A stretch of DNA of 64,000 nucleotides from Podospora anserina. Lineage: Eukaryota. Of the stretch, positions 39,853 to 50,313 are shown piece after piece (positions within the stretch are counted from its first letter, which is position 1; the number at the start of each line of letters is the position of its first letter). The translations under genes and the position numbers were made by a program. Location: the NCBI GenBank assembly GCA_017654855.1, contig JAFMPO010000001.1:930001-994000 (forward strand), read 5' to 3'. The notes under the pieces are model-generated. The model ran no database searches and had not been told where the DNA came from. It was given only the letters and a program-made list of their open reading frames with translations.

Positions 39853-39858
39853 CCGAGG
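39853..39858 (-). promoter_or_regulatory. CCTCGG FarA/FarB (Ctf1)-type fatty-acid response site
   Basis: CCGAGG on the plus strand, about 210 bp upstream of the fox2 ATG; known motif in beta-oxidation gene promoters of filamentous ascomycetes. Confidence 0.55.
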
Positions 39859-41010
39859 CACACGCGGTTGCCAGTGGCCGCATTCCATTCTCCACAGCCG
39901 TCTGTTTTGCCGAGAGCGGGGGCGCTAGTGCCCCCAGCCGTTCCCTTTCTTCAGGTTCCATTTCTTCACATGCCATTCTGCAATTCGACCCATCCCCCTG
40001 TTGAATCCGTCCATCCCAAGCCTCAAACCCCGTGAGGACTTGCAGCGGGAGAGCTTATCCCCAACAGCCCAGCCGGGGTTAATGTTGAGCTGCTTCAGTT
40101 TTTCCTCAGGGTTTCTATGCCTGCCCAGAAGCCTGTGGTTTTCCGTCCGGGGACGACACTTATGTACGAGTCATAATAGTCAACTTTATGTGTTGCCGGG
40201 GACCGACCTTGGCATCTCTTCTGAACAGACTTTGAGATGTCAACTCGGTTCGGTTATAAAGACAAATCCAGGACTGCAGGGACGGACCGGACCACTCGGA
40301 GGGCCTGGGCTATTTCTGGGCCCGTCGGACGTGCAAGGCCGAGTTCGACATGTGGTGAGCCGGAGTGACCCTGGCGCAGAGTCACATGAGTCGAGCTTTG
40401 TGTGGCAGCAAGCGAGGTCAGCTTGAGTTCGGGGCTACCAAGCTGTGCAAAGACCTGCTTCTACTTGCTAAACCGAGAGTCTCAGGGGCTTCGATAGCCA
40501 GCTCGATGAGACCAATACCTACCTTCTCACAGATGCCGACGCATGGCGGACATCGGCGAAAGATCCAGAGTTTGCTGTCAGCTCGAGCCTTAAAGCTGAA
40601 CGGGATTGGCCCGCCTGGAAGAATGAAGAAAGCGCAAACCCCAATCTCTAAACGCGGAGAAATCCTTTTCCCCACACTTTCCACCCCCACCAATTGCGGC
40701 TTCGACCCACTCCCACGCTCCAGAAGCTGCCCGCTGTCGTCATCGCTTTGGTCCTTTTCAAGACGTCGAGGCTTTGCAAGGCTGCAGCTGTGTCGCTGGA
40801 CCACAGGTCCAACATCTGCAACACCAACCTTAATCTTCGAGAGAGCTGTATCCGTGTTTTGTTACGTAGCGAACCAGCAACAGTGTAGTCTTTCTGCTTT
40901 TTACACTCTCATTTTCTCCGCTTTTGGTATCTCCAGGACAGCCCAAGCGAAGAGCAACGCCCGGAGCTACCATTCGTACAGAACAGAGCTATAAGAAAGC
41001 AAAAGCAAGA

Positions 41011-42035
41011 ATGGCACATTCTTTTGACGTTCCGCTGCAGTCGCGAATCGTGGACGATAAATCGCCCATCTGCATCCCATTCATCCTGTCACGAATCGAG
41101 ACCTACCAAAAACAGCACCCAAACACCTCCCGGCCATTCATCATCGGCCTGAACGGGGTCCAAGGGGTAGGCAAAACGACGCTGGTGCGGGCCCTGGCCG
41201 AGACCCTGCAGAGCCGGGAGGGGCTCCCGACGCTTGTCGTGAGCATCGACGATTTCTACCTGACGCATGCCGACCAGCTAGCCCTGGCGGCGGCCAACCC
41301 GGACAACCAGCTGGTGCAGTATCGTGGGGAACCCGGTACGTTGTGTTTTTCCTGATCCCCCGACCGATGTCTTGGCCCTCCGTCCCCTTATCCAGTCGAT
41401 TACAAAAAACTCGCATTTTTCCCTAACCCTTCCGAGCAGGAACCCATGATGTTCCCCTGTTGACCTCCTTCCTCTCCTCACTCACATCACCCTTCCCTCC
41501 CGAGGGCATCCACGTCCCCAGCTATGACAAGTCTCTATTCTCCGGCCTAGGCGACCGCGCACCTCCTTCAACCTGGACTCATATCACCTCCCCACCCAAG
41601 ATTGTGATTCTTGAGGGCTGGCTCGTTGGATTCCGTCCGCTGTCGCCTGTTGCTCTTGAAGCCAAGTATTGTTCCCCGACCAGCAAGACGCTTCACCGGC
41701 ACTTGCCGGCTCATTTGATGTTTATCAACTCCTGCTTGGAGAAGTATCAACAGATATGGGACCAGTTTGACGCCTTCGTGCACGTTGATGCCGAGGATCT
41801 AGGCTGGGTGTATGAGTGGAGGATCCAGCAGGAGCAAGGCCTGCGGCGAGAGAAGGGGGTCGAAGGTGGCATGACGGATGAGCAGGTAAGGAAGTTTGTG
41901 GATTGCTACTTCCCAGCTTATGAGTTGTACATCGACGGGATCAGGAACGGGGTGCTTGGCGAGAGGAAAAAGGCGTGCCAGCTGAGGTTGGTGGTGGGGA
42001 GAGACAGAGCGGTCAAGGAATCTTTGGTGATTTGA
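41011..42035 (+). CDS. P-loop kinase, TDA10/D-glycerate-3-kinase-like; intron 41336-41439
   Basis: IGLNGVQGVGKTT, VSIDDFYL, RGEP|GTHD, VILEGW, VYEWRIQQE. Confidence 0.88.
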
Positions 42036-42651
42036 CAATCTGCTGCCATATATCTTGGCGATTTTCATTCATAGATGGCTGTCTGTCTCTAGGGGCATCA
42101 TACTTGGGGTACATTAGCTTTGGCACTGCAGCGACCAACGGGGAAGTAGTAATCACGCCAACATTATCATTGTACATAAACGAATCATGCAGAGTAGACA
42201 GGCCGGGGTCCTGTTGAGAAAAAGTAATACACAGCAAGAAAAGAAATAGCCCAGCACAGCTCCACTGCATATGGACAGACAGAGAAAAGGTCACCACCTA
42301 TCCACCGTTTTCCTCCAGCCTCATCCGTCGTGCGCAAGTCTTTCCTTCTTCCGTGCCATAAAATCGTGTCGTAATTTCATTAATCATGTTTTCCCCATAG
42401 TCATGCAATGTTTTGGCAAGTTCCGTGACGTTCCGCGTTAGATTCGTTACTGTCGTTAACGACAGGGCTGCCACCCCAGTCACTGTCGGTCGTTGATTAA
42501 GTTCAATGAAGCAATGAGAAGAACCCATAGAGACGAGAAGATATGGTCAGCTTCCTATACACACACCGGCACGCCTACGCCTACCTATCCGTAGCCCCAT
42601 CAACACCACAAAGTACACCCTGCCTGCCTGCCACTTATCCGTCGACGGCCT

Positions 42652-44610
42652 TTAAAACTCCAGGTCGGCATCTTTACCCTGCATCATGGTCTGACCCTCG
42701 TGTTTCAAGTCCTCCAGGGTCCGCCCAATTCCCTCAACCTTCCCGCGGACCGCCTCCTCTCTGGCAGATATCTCATCCTCGAACTGGGTGATAAGCTGCC
42801 TCTTATCCCTCCTCGCCTTCTTAAACTTTTGCACCACTGCGCCGAGTTGCTCCAGAAACCAGTCGCCTGCCTCGTCCCACTCATCAACAGAGATGCGCTT
42901 GAAAAATTGGTGCTGGTCTATGCTTCCCTGGTTCTTGTAGTACTCCATTCTCTGCTCTATGCTGCCACCAGGATGCGGCGGAGGCTGTTGCTGCTTCATG
43001 GCTGTTTGCTGTTCAATGACAGCTGCCGCCTGCGGGTCAAAATCGAAGGCCTCGTTTCGCAGATCAGAATAGCTCATCCTGTGTAGCTCAGCGTCGTTGT
43101 AATCCAGGCTCTGTCGGCGCTTGAGAGATTTCGTTGCCGGCTTCAGGGGCTCTTTGACAATGCGACGGTTGGAGCTGTTGGTGCGACCTAGCGGAGCAGC
43201 AATCGCGGCGGTAGCTACCAGGTCTTTCTTGACTGCAAGAGGAAGAGGGAGGACAGGGGGAGGCAGTTTCCGGGTGGCGACACGCGGCGTGTTTTGGAGG
43301 GCCTCCGTTAGCTCCTCCGGGTCAACGCCGCTGGTGGTAGCGAGAACCCCGGCACGGGTGTCGTTGAAATTGTGGTCGTCGTCAAACTCGAGAGGCGTCA
43401 GGTTCTCAAAGATGGTTGATCGCTTATGCTGCAGCTCACGCTCCTGCTCAACCTCTCTTTCTCTCTGGCGCTCTAGCTCGCGCTCGCGCTCACGTTGCCT
43501 TTCACGATCCCGTTTCCTTCTCTCCTCGAGACGGACCTGCTCGAGATGCTCACCCGCCTCAACTGCTCTCTCTGGAGACATGGAAACGCTCCCAGCACGC
43601 CTGGGAGAGTACTGACTTCCACTGGGCGAGTAGGTGGCGTTCTTGAGACCACGGGTGTCGCGGTAAGGGAGACGGGTGCGTCTCAGTGCACTGTTCTTAG
43701 TGGGGGTCTCATAGATGGACCGGTCATCGTGATACGGATCATCAGTCTTGTCACTGCCAGGCGGGATATTGGCCGCTGTACTGCTGGTTACAGGAACGGC
43801 GCTTTGGTGATGGGGTGCAGCAACTACCGTAAGCATGCCATTGTCGCCAATAACAAATGGCAGTTTCTCATTGGCGGGCCCATGTTGCTGTTGATGCTGA
43901 TGAGGTTGGTGATGCTGAAGTTCCCTCCAGCTGGTCTGGGCAGGTGCCGGTGGTGGTGGGAGTGCTTGGTGTTGGCGTTGATATGTACCCACAGGAGGTG
44001 GGAATCCGCCGGCAGCGTCAGTGCTGCTGAACGGGCGAGCATTGCTGGCCTGACGCGTGTGAGTTCTATCAGAAGCAGCCCTGCTCTCGGTGTCGTTGAA
44101 CATGGAGGCTACAGTCGAGTCTTCCCAGGCGTTCTGTCCACGTGGGGGCTCACAAGCGGCCGTGTCCGAGGCCGTAGTCCGGGTCCGCTGCATCGGATGA
44201 AAGTGTTGTGCAGGGAGGCTCCTACTCATTGATGTCGGTGGCGGCTGGCCGTGGTGGTGGGTGGAGGGCGCGACGGAGGAGTAACGACCACTCAAACCCT
44301 TGAACACCGGTATTGAGCGGGAAGCTGCCGTTGCAGTTCCAGGCGTGTCGTGTTTGTCCAGTTGCCGACCTGTCGCGAGGATTTCATGGGGGGGTTGCAA
44401 CTGTGGAAGTGGTTGTTGTTGTTGCTGTGCATTGTTCGTAGCGTGGCCGTTGCTCAGCGGATGGCTTTTCCCAGACAAAGCACTGGCAGGTGCGGATGTT
44501 GCTGGCAGGCCCACAGCTCCTGCCCTAGGACTACTATCTCCCCCCGTTCTCCCAAAAAGACCGATTGCCCCGAGCTTCTTTTTTGCCGTAGGCATCATCC
44601 TCATTCGCAT
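42652..44610 (-). CDS. ECM11-domain protein (long disordered N-terminus, C-terminal coiled-coil domain)
   Basis: 652-aa intronless ORF; LDYNDAELHRMSYSDLRNEAFDFDP..EWDEAGDWFLEQ..FEDEISAREEAV resembles the fungal ECM11 domain; exact start Met uncertain. Confidence 0.75.
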   Translation of the reverse strand: MRMRMMPTAKKKLGAIGLFGRTGGDSSPRAGAVGLPATSAPASALSGKSHPLSNGHATNNAQQQQQPLPQLQPPHEILATGRQLDKHDTPGTATAASRSIPVFKGLSGRYSSVAPSTHHHGQPPPTSMSRSLPAQHFHPMQRTRTTASDTAACEPPRGQNAWEDSTVASMFNDTESRAASDRTHTRQASNARPFSSTDAAGGFPPPVGTYQRQHQALPPPPAPAQTSWRELQHHQPHQHQQQHGPANEKLPFVIGDNGMLTVVAAPHHQSAVPVTSSTAANIPPGSDKTDDPYHDDRSIYETPTKNSALRRTRLPYRDTRGLKNATYSPSGSQYSPRRAGSVSMSPERAVEAGEHLEQVRLEERRKRDRERQRERERELERQREREVEQERELQHKRSTIFENLTPLEFDDDHNFNDTRAGVLATTSGVDPEELTEALQNTPRVATRKLPPPVLPLPLAVKKDLVATAAIAAPLGRTNSSNRRIVKEPLKPATKSLKRRQSLDYNDAELHRMSYSDLRNEAFDFDPQAAAVIEQQTAMKQQQPPPHPGGSIEQRMEYYKNQGSIDQHQFFKRISVDEWDEAGDWFLEQLGAVVQKFKKARRDKRQLITQFEDEISAREEAVRGKVEGIGRTLEDLKHEGQTMMQGKDADLEF

Positions 44611-46572
44611 GAAGACGCAGGTTGACGCTGGTTGTTGTTTACTTATTTACGTGGGGAAGATGGGAACTATGCGGCAGCGCAGCCAACCATCAGTCAGCGA
44701 CAAACGACACCCGCAGGACGCGTTTATGACGGGCAAAGATTCAAACTCAGGGCAGGTTGGGAACGAGGTCCCGAAAGGAAAGCTGCGAGCTGGCTTGTTA
44801 TTATTATGAGTCCAGCTCGCGCTGGACGAATGGATGGGTGGTGTGCACCGTTGGGCTCACGCCTGCAATTCGATGATTCGACAGCAGTTGGGTTGAAAGA
44901 AAAGAACGGCAGCCATGTGCGTGAGGGGAAAGGGGCACAGCCGTGGGGTTTCTTCATTTTTAGAATGTCACTGTAGGTATGGGGAGGTCGGAATTGAGTG
45001 CTGATGGTTCTGGCCTCGTTCGTTCCACTTTGAGAGTGGGAGACGGCGACATGGTTGACTTCGTGGTTCCAATGGGCAACCGCTGCGGCTTCCATGTTAC
45101 AGGGATGATGGATGGCTCAACCCGCAGATTGCTTCTCCGACACGTTGTCAAGTGAGCTTGCCCTGCCCAAACTGGTTCGCAGCTGGATTCAAAGTGTCCA
45201 GAGGTTGCCCCATCCTCTTCCCACAACCGCATCATTCTCCCATTGACAAATCCCATTGCTTGAAAAGATGTGAGTAACGGTTGCGTCCAACCCAGCCGAG
45301 CCATGCATCCTCTGCACATATCTACCTAACGTCCCCCGCGCTCGAACACAGTTCAGATACGCCCATAGACGCCTAATAATGAAGACACCCTCCCCGTTTG
45401 CTTCGATTTTGGGCTAACCTGCATTTCAGATTACATGATTGGTACGTTGCGATTATGAGGTCCAATCAAGACATGAGCGCGAAAGTACAGGTGTCAGTCG
45501 AGTACATGCCGCACCACACCATGGACCAGGACTTGAGAATCGGGGTGGAAGACCATGCTTGTCTCCGATTGAGAACACTCAGAGACGCGCCCAACTGGCC
45601 TGTCTGAAGAGTGTATGTGGTCTGCCATACCCTCCATCTCTCAAGAATGCTTCATGTCCCTTATTCAGCTTGCATTCGTGGGTCAGGCTTGCCGATATCT
45701 GGTCACCTGACTAGGATCTCATAAACCTCCTCTTATGGCATCGTCTTTGGAAGAAATTCCGGCAGGGGGATGCTTTTGATGTGCGAGGTTATGCTGTAAG
45801 GAACATCGCCATGGTTGGTTGCATCCACATACAATAGGCCCGGGGCTCGAGGCTGTATTCCTAAAGTCCTTTCCCGCCATGACCAAAGGGTGAAGTGATG
45901 GTATCGGGGATACCACCGGTCTACCTATCCTTGTGGCGGTAGTTTACACCAAGCTAATGTCGCCAATTGCCGTCGGTGTCAGGTACTTGTTGAATATCTA
46001 CCGAGCACCTTCAAATCCATTCTGCATCTAGATGCCCAGAACAGCAGAACTGTACCGGAGCTGATATGGGGCGGGAAAGAGGAAGGCTGCCAGCAGGTCC
46101 ATCGGGTAATGCTTTCGATATGAATCTTGTTTTTACTCTGCTTACTGTTCTCTTTTTTCTCCTTTCAAACTCGTTACAATCCCTAACTAAACCTGTGGAC
46201 AAGTTGGAGGCGTTGCTTCAGAGAGAACCCAATAAGAAGATGCTGGATCAGGATCCGGGATCGGCAGCCAACGGGGATACCCTGGTCTTAGCGCCCCCAA
46301 GCGCAACCGCGCCCACTGGAAATGCCCCGCGCCATGATAAGATAAGCTCCCCCACTGTCAATGATAACTCCGGTAATGGGGGGGCGATTTCTAATCAACT
46401 CGATTTTCAACTCTCCTGCCGGCGCATGCAAGAAACTACCATTCACACACCATCAGAAATCCTCAAGTTGTCGCTTCCCGTTGTGTGATACTCTACATTC
46501 ATACTCTTCCTCACCAAAAACACATACCGCAGGCGCGCGCACCCCAGCACGATCTACACATCCGCGAACACG

Positions 46573-47616
46573 ATGGCGCCATCTTTGGAAGCGCCCGACG
46601 ACGAGGTCAGGGATGTTCTAGCCAACCCTCTCAAAAAGAAGCCAGACCTTGTCGCGCCAGAACCAGAACACTGCCCGGGACCCGAGTCCGAGCAAGCGGG
46701 CACTGCAGACTCGTGCGCCGGCTGCCCCAACCAGCAAATATGCGCCTCCGCTCCGAAAGGTCCCGATCCAGACCTCCCCCTGATCACAGCCCGTCTGGCA
46801 GATGTGAAACACAAGATATTGGTGTTGAGCGGCAAGGGAGGAGTAGGGAAATCGACGCTCACGGTACAACTCGCGCATGCGTTCGCGACAAACCCCGATA
46901 CAACAGTGGGCGTGATGGATACGGACATTTGCGGGCCAAGTATACCAAAGATGTTGGGGGTGGAAACGGAGACGATCCACACCAGCAATGCCGGTTGGGA
47001 GCCAGTATGGGCGATGGACAACTTGGCCGTCATGTCTATTCAGTTCCTGCTGCCAAACCGGGATGATGCGATTATCTGGCGAGGGCCGAAAAAGAACGGC
47101 CTGATCAAGCAATTCTTAAAAGATGTCCAGTGGGGAGAGTTGGACTTTCTCTTGGTCGATACCCCTCCGGGGACAAGTGACGAGCATCTCAGTGTCAACA
47201 CATTCTTAAAGGAAAGCAAGATCGAAGGAGCGGTAGTGGTGACCACGCCGCAGGAGGTGGCCTTGTTGGATGTGAGAAAGGAGATTGATTTTTGCAGAAA
47301 GGCCGGGATCAGGGTATTAGGAATTGTGGAAAATATGAGCTTGTTTGTGTGCCCAGGCTGCAAGCATGAGAGCAAAATCTTTCTCGACCACACCGGAGGA
47401 GGCCGAGGACTGGCAGAAGAGTTGGGCATTCCATTCTTGGGGAGCGTGCCCCTAGACCCAAGGATAGGAATCGCCTGCGACTATGGGGAGAGCTTCTTCG
47501 ACTCGTTCCCCGACAGCTCGGCCTGCAAGGCGCTGAAGGGGGTGGTCAAGGGGCTGGTAGAACAAATTGGGCTAGATCCTGAGGTACTGTTGCCGGAAGG
47601 GGATGGCAGTAGCTAA
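46573..47616 (+). CDS. nbp35: Cytosolic Fe-S cluster assembly scaffold Nbp35
   Basis: N-terminal CX13CX2CX5[38 protein letters not shown]. Confidence 0.96.
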   Translation: MAPSLEAPDDEVRDVLANPLKKKPDLVAPEPEHCPGPESEQAGTADSCAGCPNQQICASAPKGPDPDLPLITARLADVKHKILVLSGKGGVGKSTLTVQLAHAFATNPDTTVGVMDTDICGPSIPKMLGVETETIHTSNAGWEPVWAMDNLAVMSIQFLLPNRDDAIIWRGPKKNGLIKQFLKDVQWGELDFLLVDTPPGTSDEHLSVNTFLKESKIEGAVVVTTPQEVALLDVRKEIDFCRKAGIRVLGIVENMSLFVCPGCKHESKIFLDHTGGGRGLAEELGIPFLGSVPLDPRIGIACDYGESFFDSFPDSSACKALKGVVKGLVEQIGLDPEVLLPEGDGSS

Positions 47617-47835
47617 GAGACAATACTTGTCCTTGTTGTCGGCACTGTAAATCTATACAGCATCTGCGTGTAGTTAGATAACCGGCACCTACTTTGGATA
47701 GAATTCGTGTAGAACAACCTTGATACCCATATGTCAGAGGCATACAAAATTCATAATTTGCTACAACCCTGAATGAAGACTATGACATGTCTAAGCCCAT
47801 GACCCTTCCAACGCCAGCTCTAAAACATCCGCATG

Positions 47836-48495
47836 TTAGGCACCGAGTTTTTCCGGGATCTCCTCCAGCTCCTCTGGGGTCTCTAGATCCAAGATCTTGG
47901 TGACTTCGCTCGTGTTTCGCATGAGCTCCTTGGCACCGGCGTACAGCATCCTCAGCTCGCTGTTGCATGTGGTGGGCATGTAGTAAATCATGACGTATGG
48001 TACGGATAATCTCCCGGATGGCTAAATATGTATGGTTAGCATATCGGACATATGCTTGATGGAATCACAAGTATGTGGTGTTTGGGAGGCCCATACAAGA
48101 GTTAGAGGGTAGCTCAGGAGGATGAATCGGGGAGAGTGGTCAGGGAGGTCATCGGCGATTTCATCGAGGGATTTGTAGACTGTGCCATCTTCATCTTGGC
48201 GAATCTCCTTGGTTTGTTTGTCGATGAAGTCTAATGTGCTCGATCAGCAAAATTGCGTGGCACCTTGCGAGATCAGGGAAGATGTACATATCACGGCCTG
48301 AGGGTCATTGGAGCGTGAGGTGCTGAGGCGGAATTTGCGCAGATGCTGTTTTGTTGAGTCGGAGAAGGTGTAGAGTGAGGAAGACTGTGCTCATTTATGA
48401 TAAGCTACGAACTAACGACATATTTTACACGAAGCCATCATGAGGGCATGAGAGATAGGGGCCCGGGTAGGTAATAGAGGAGGGGTAGATACCAT
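47836..48495 (-). CDS. aim7: Glia maturation factor (ADF-H/cofilin-like, Aim7); 4 exons, first coding exon is ATG only
   Basis: Manual splice gives M|SSSLYTFSDSTKQHLRKFRLSTSR..DDLPDHSPRFILLSYPLTL|PSGRLSVPYVM..RMLYAGAKELMRN..EKLGA*; not captured by the ORF track. Confidence 0.88.
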
Positions 48496-48994
48496 CTTGC
48501 CGGCTTGGTTGAGCGTGTAGTGATGAGAATGAAGCTGGGATCAGCAAGTGACTTATAAAAGACGCTTCCTGTGACCAAGGGCGACAGCAGTGGTGGTGAG
48601 AACGCGTGGGGTGCTCAAGGGAGGTTGAGTTGAGCCTCAGTGGAGCTCACATGCATGAGATACCAGTGCCCCGCACTACGGTCCGCACTCAGCTGCCTTA
48701 AGTAAGCCCCGCTTTATCGGGAATCAGTAAACCGCCAGTGGACGTCACTTGCAGGTTTGTAGCCGACTCCATCTTTCTTAACAGGGCATCCCCCCAGAGA
48801 GCTTATCCAGTCTTGGAATTGTGAACCTATTCCCGAGGTCATCCGTAATTGAGATTCCGATCCTCTGTGCTGGTCAGACGTTCCAAAATCGGAAGCAATC
48901 CCCCCTGCTATTGGCCACAGACAATCACCCACTCCGTGCGGTGTACCTTGCTCGCTTTACCAATTCACAATCTCTTGTCCTTGAACTAATCACC

Positions 48995-50313
48995 ATGTTC
49001 TCCCGGCTCAATCAAGTTGCAAGGCATCTTTTACGTCCAATGCCAAACTACGGTCATACATCTGCTGCTGCTTCGTCGGTATCGAAACGCAGTCTGTCCG
49101 ACTACCGATATAGCAGTCTCGATGCCTCAGAACGCCAAAAGAAGAATATCGTCACAGGGGCATGTCTGATAATAGGGAACGAAATTTTGAATGGGAAGGT
49201 ATTTGAGCCAGTCGTTTACTTCTTTGCATCTGTTCAGCACGCAGCGGCCGTCGATAGCTGACATATTCGATATGTGTACAGACCAAGGAGGTAGGCTTCC
49301 CCAAACATGCTCAGGCATATTTTCGAGACTAACCTCCATATTGACAGGCCAACTCACATTACCTTGCAAAATGGTGTTTCTCCCTAGGCATTGTATGTCG
49401 CCCATCTTCTCTACTCGACCCATACTTACACCGTCATCTCAGAGCCTCCAGAGAATAGACATCATTCCTGACGTGGAGGACGATATTATTGAAGCGGTGA
49501 GACGACTGAGCCATAACTATGATATTGTCGTCACCTCGGGCGGTATTGGCCCGACACACGATGACATAACCTACGAGTCCATCGCCAAGGCCTTTCACCT
49601 GCCCCTCGTGCTTCACGGAGAAGCTTACTCTCTCATGAAGAAAAAGACGGCCGAGCACAGGGATCCGGTACGGGCTGCCTTCAACTTTGACGTTCCGTCC
49701 AAAGAGCTTGATGGAAAAAAGAAAATGATCTTGCTGCCTCATGACTCTAGTCGTCCAGTGGAGGATCAGGCGATTCTCGCCTGCCGAGACAAGTATTGGG
49801 TTCCTGTCTCAGTTGTCAATGGAAATGTATACATCCTGCCAGGCATACCTGAACTCTGTACTCACCGCCCTGTCCTGTTTTCTCGACACTCATGTACTAA
49901 CTAAAAGCACAGTTAAGCACCTTTTGGACGGCCTTACACGGCATATCAAGCCTCGAGTGCAGAGCAATGGCAAAATCCGCGTGACCATCAAGACCCTCCA
50001 ACCGGAGAGCCAAATGGCGGATTACCTGACTGGCCTGGCAAAGAGGATGGCGCCAAAGGATATAGATGTTGGAAGTTACCCCAAGTTTCAGGTTGAGAAT
50101 ACGGTTGTGCTTGTTGGCGAGTATGTGCAGCTCCCCTGTTGGCGGTTGTGAGAAGAACGGTACTGACAAGACAGCAGGGACCGAACCGAACTTGAGACAG
50201 TTATTCCCGAGATATTGGAGAATCTGGAAGGGACTCTGGTGAGCATCGAAATGCCCGAGAACCCCGATGAAGGAGAGACGGAGGTTAAGGCTCCAGGTGG
50301 CGAAGAAAGCTGA
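48995..50313 (+). CDS. Molybdopterin-binding (MoCF/CinA-like) domain protein, FAD diphosphatase FPY1-like; 6 exons including a 9-nt micro-exon
   Basis: ACLIIGNEILNGK|TKE|ANSHYLAKWCFSLGI|SLQRIDIIPD, VTSGGIGPTHDDITY, VYILPGIP, VGSYPK. Confidence 0.85.

Noticed and set aside
42298..42528. 76-aa minus-strand ORF between the kinase and ECM11 genes
   Set aside because: Lies in the probable ECM11 3' UTR and has no motif support
46066..46488. 140-aa ORF with a hydrophobic stretch upstream of nbp35
   Set aside because: The hydrophobic segment derives from a T-rich promoter tract; no other support
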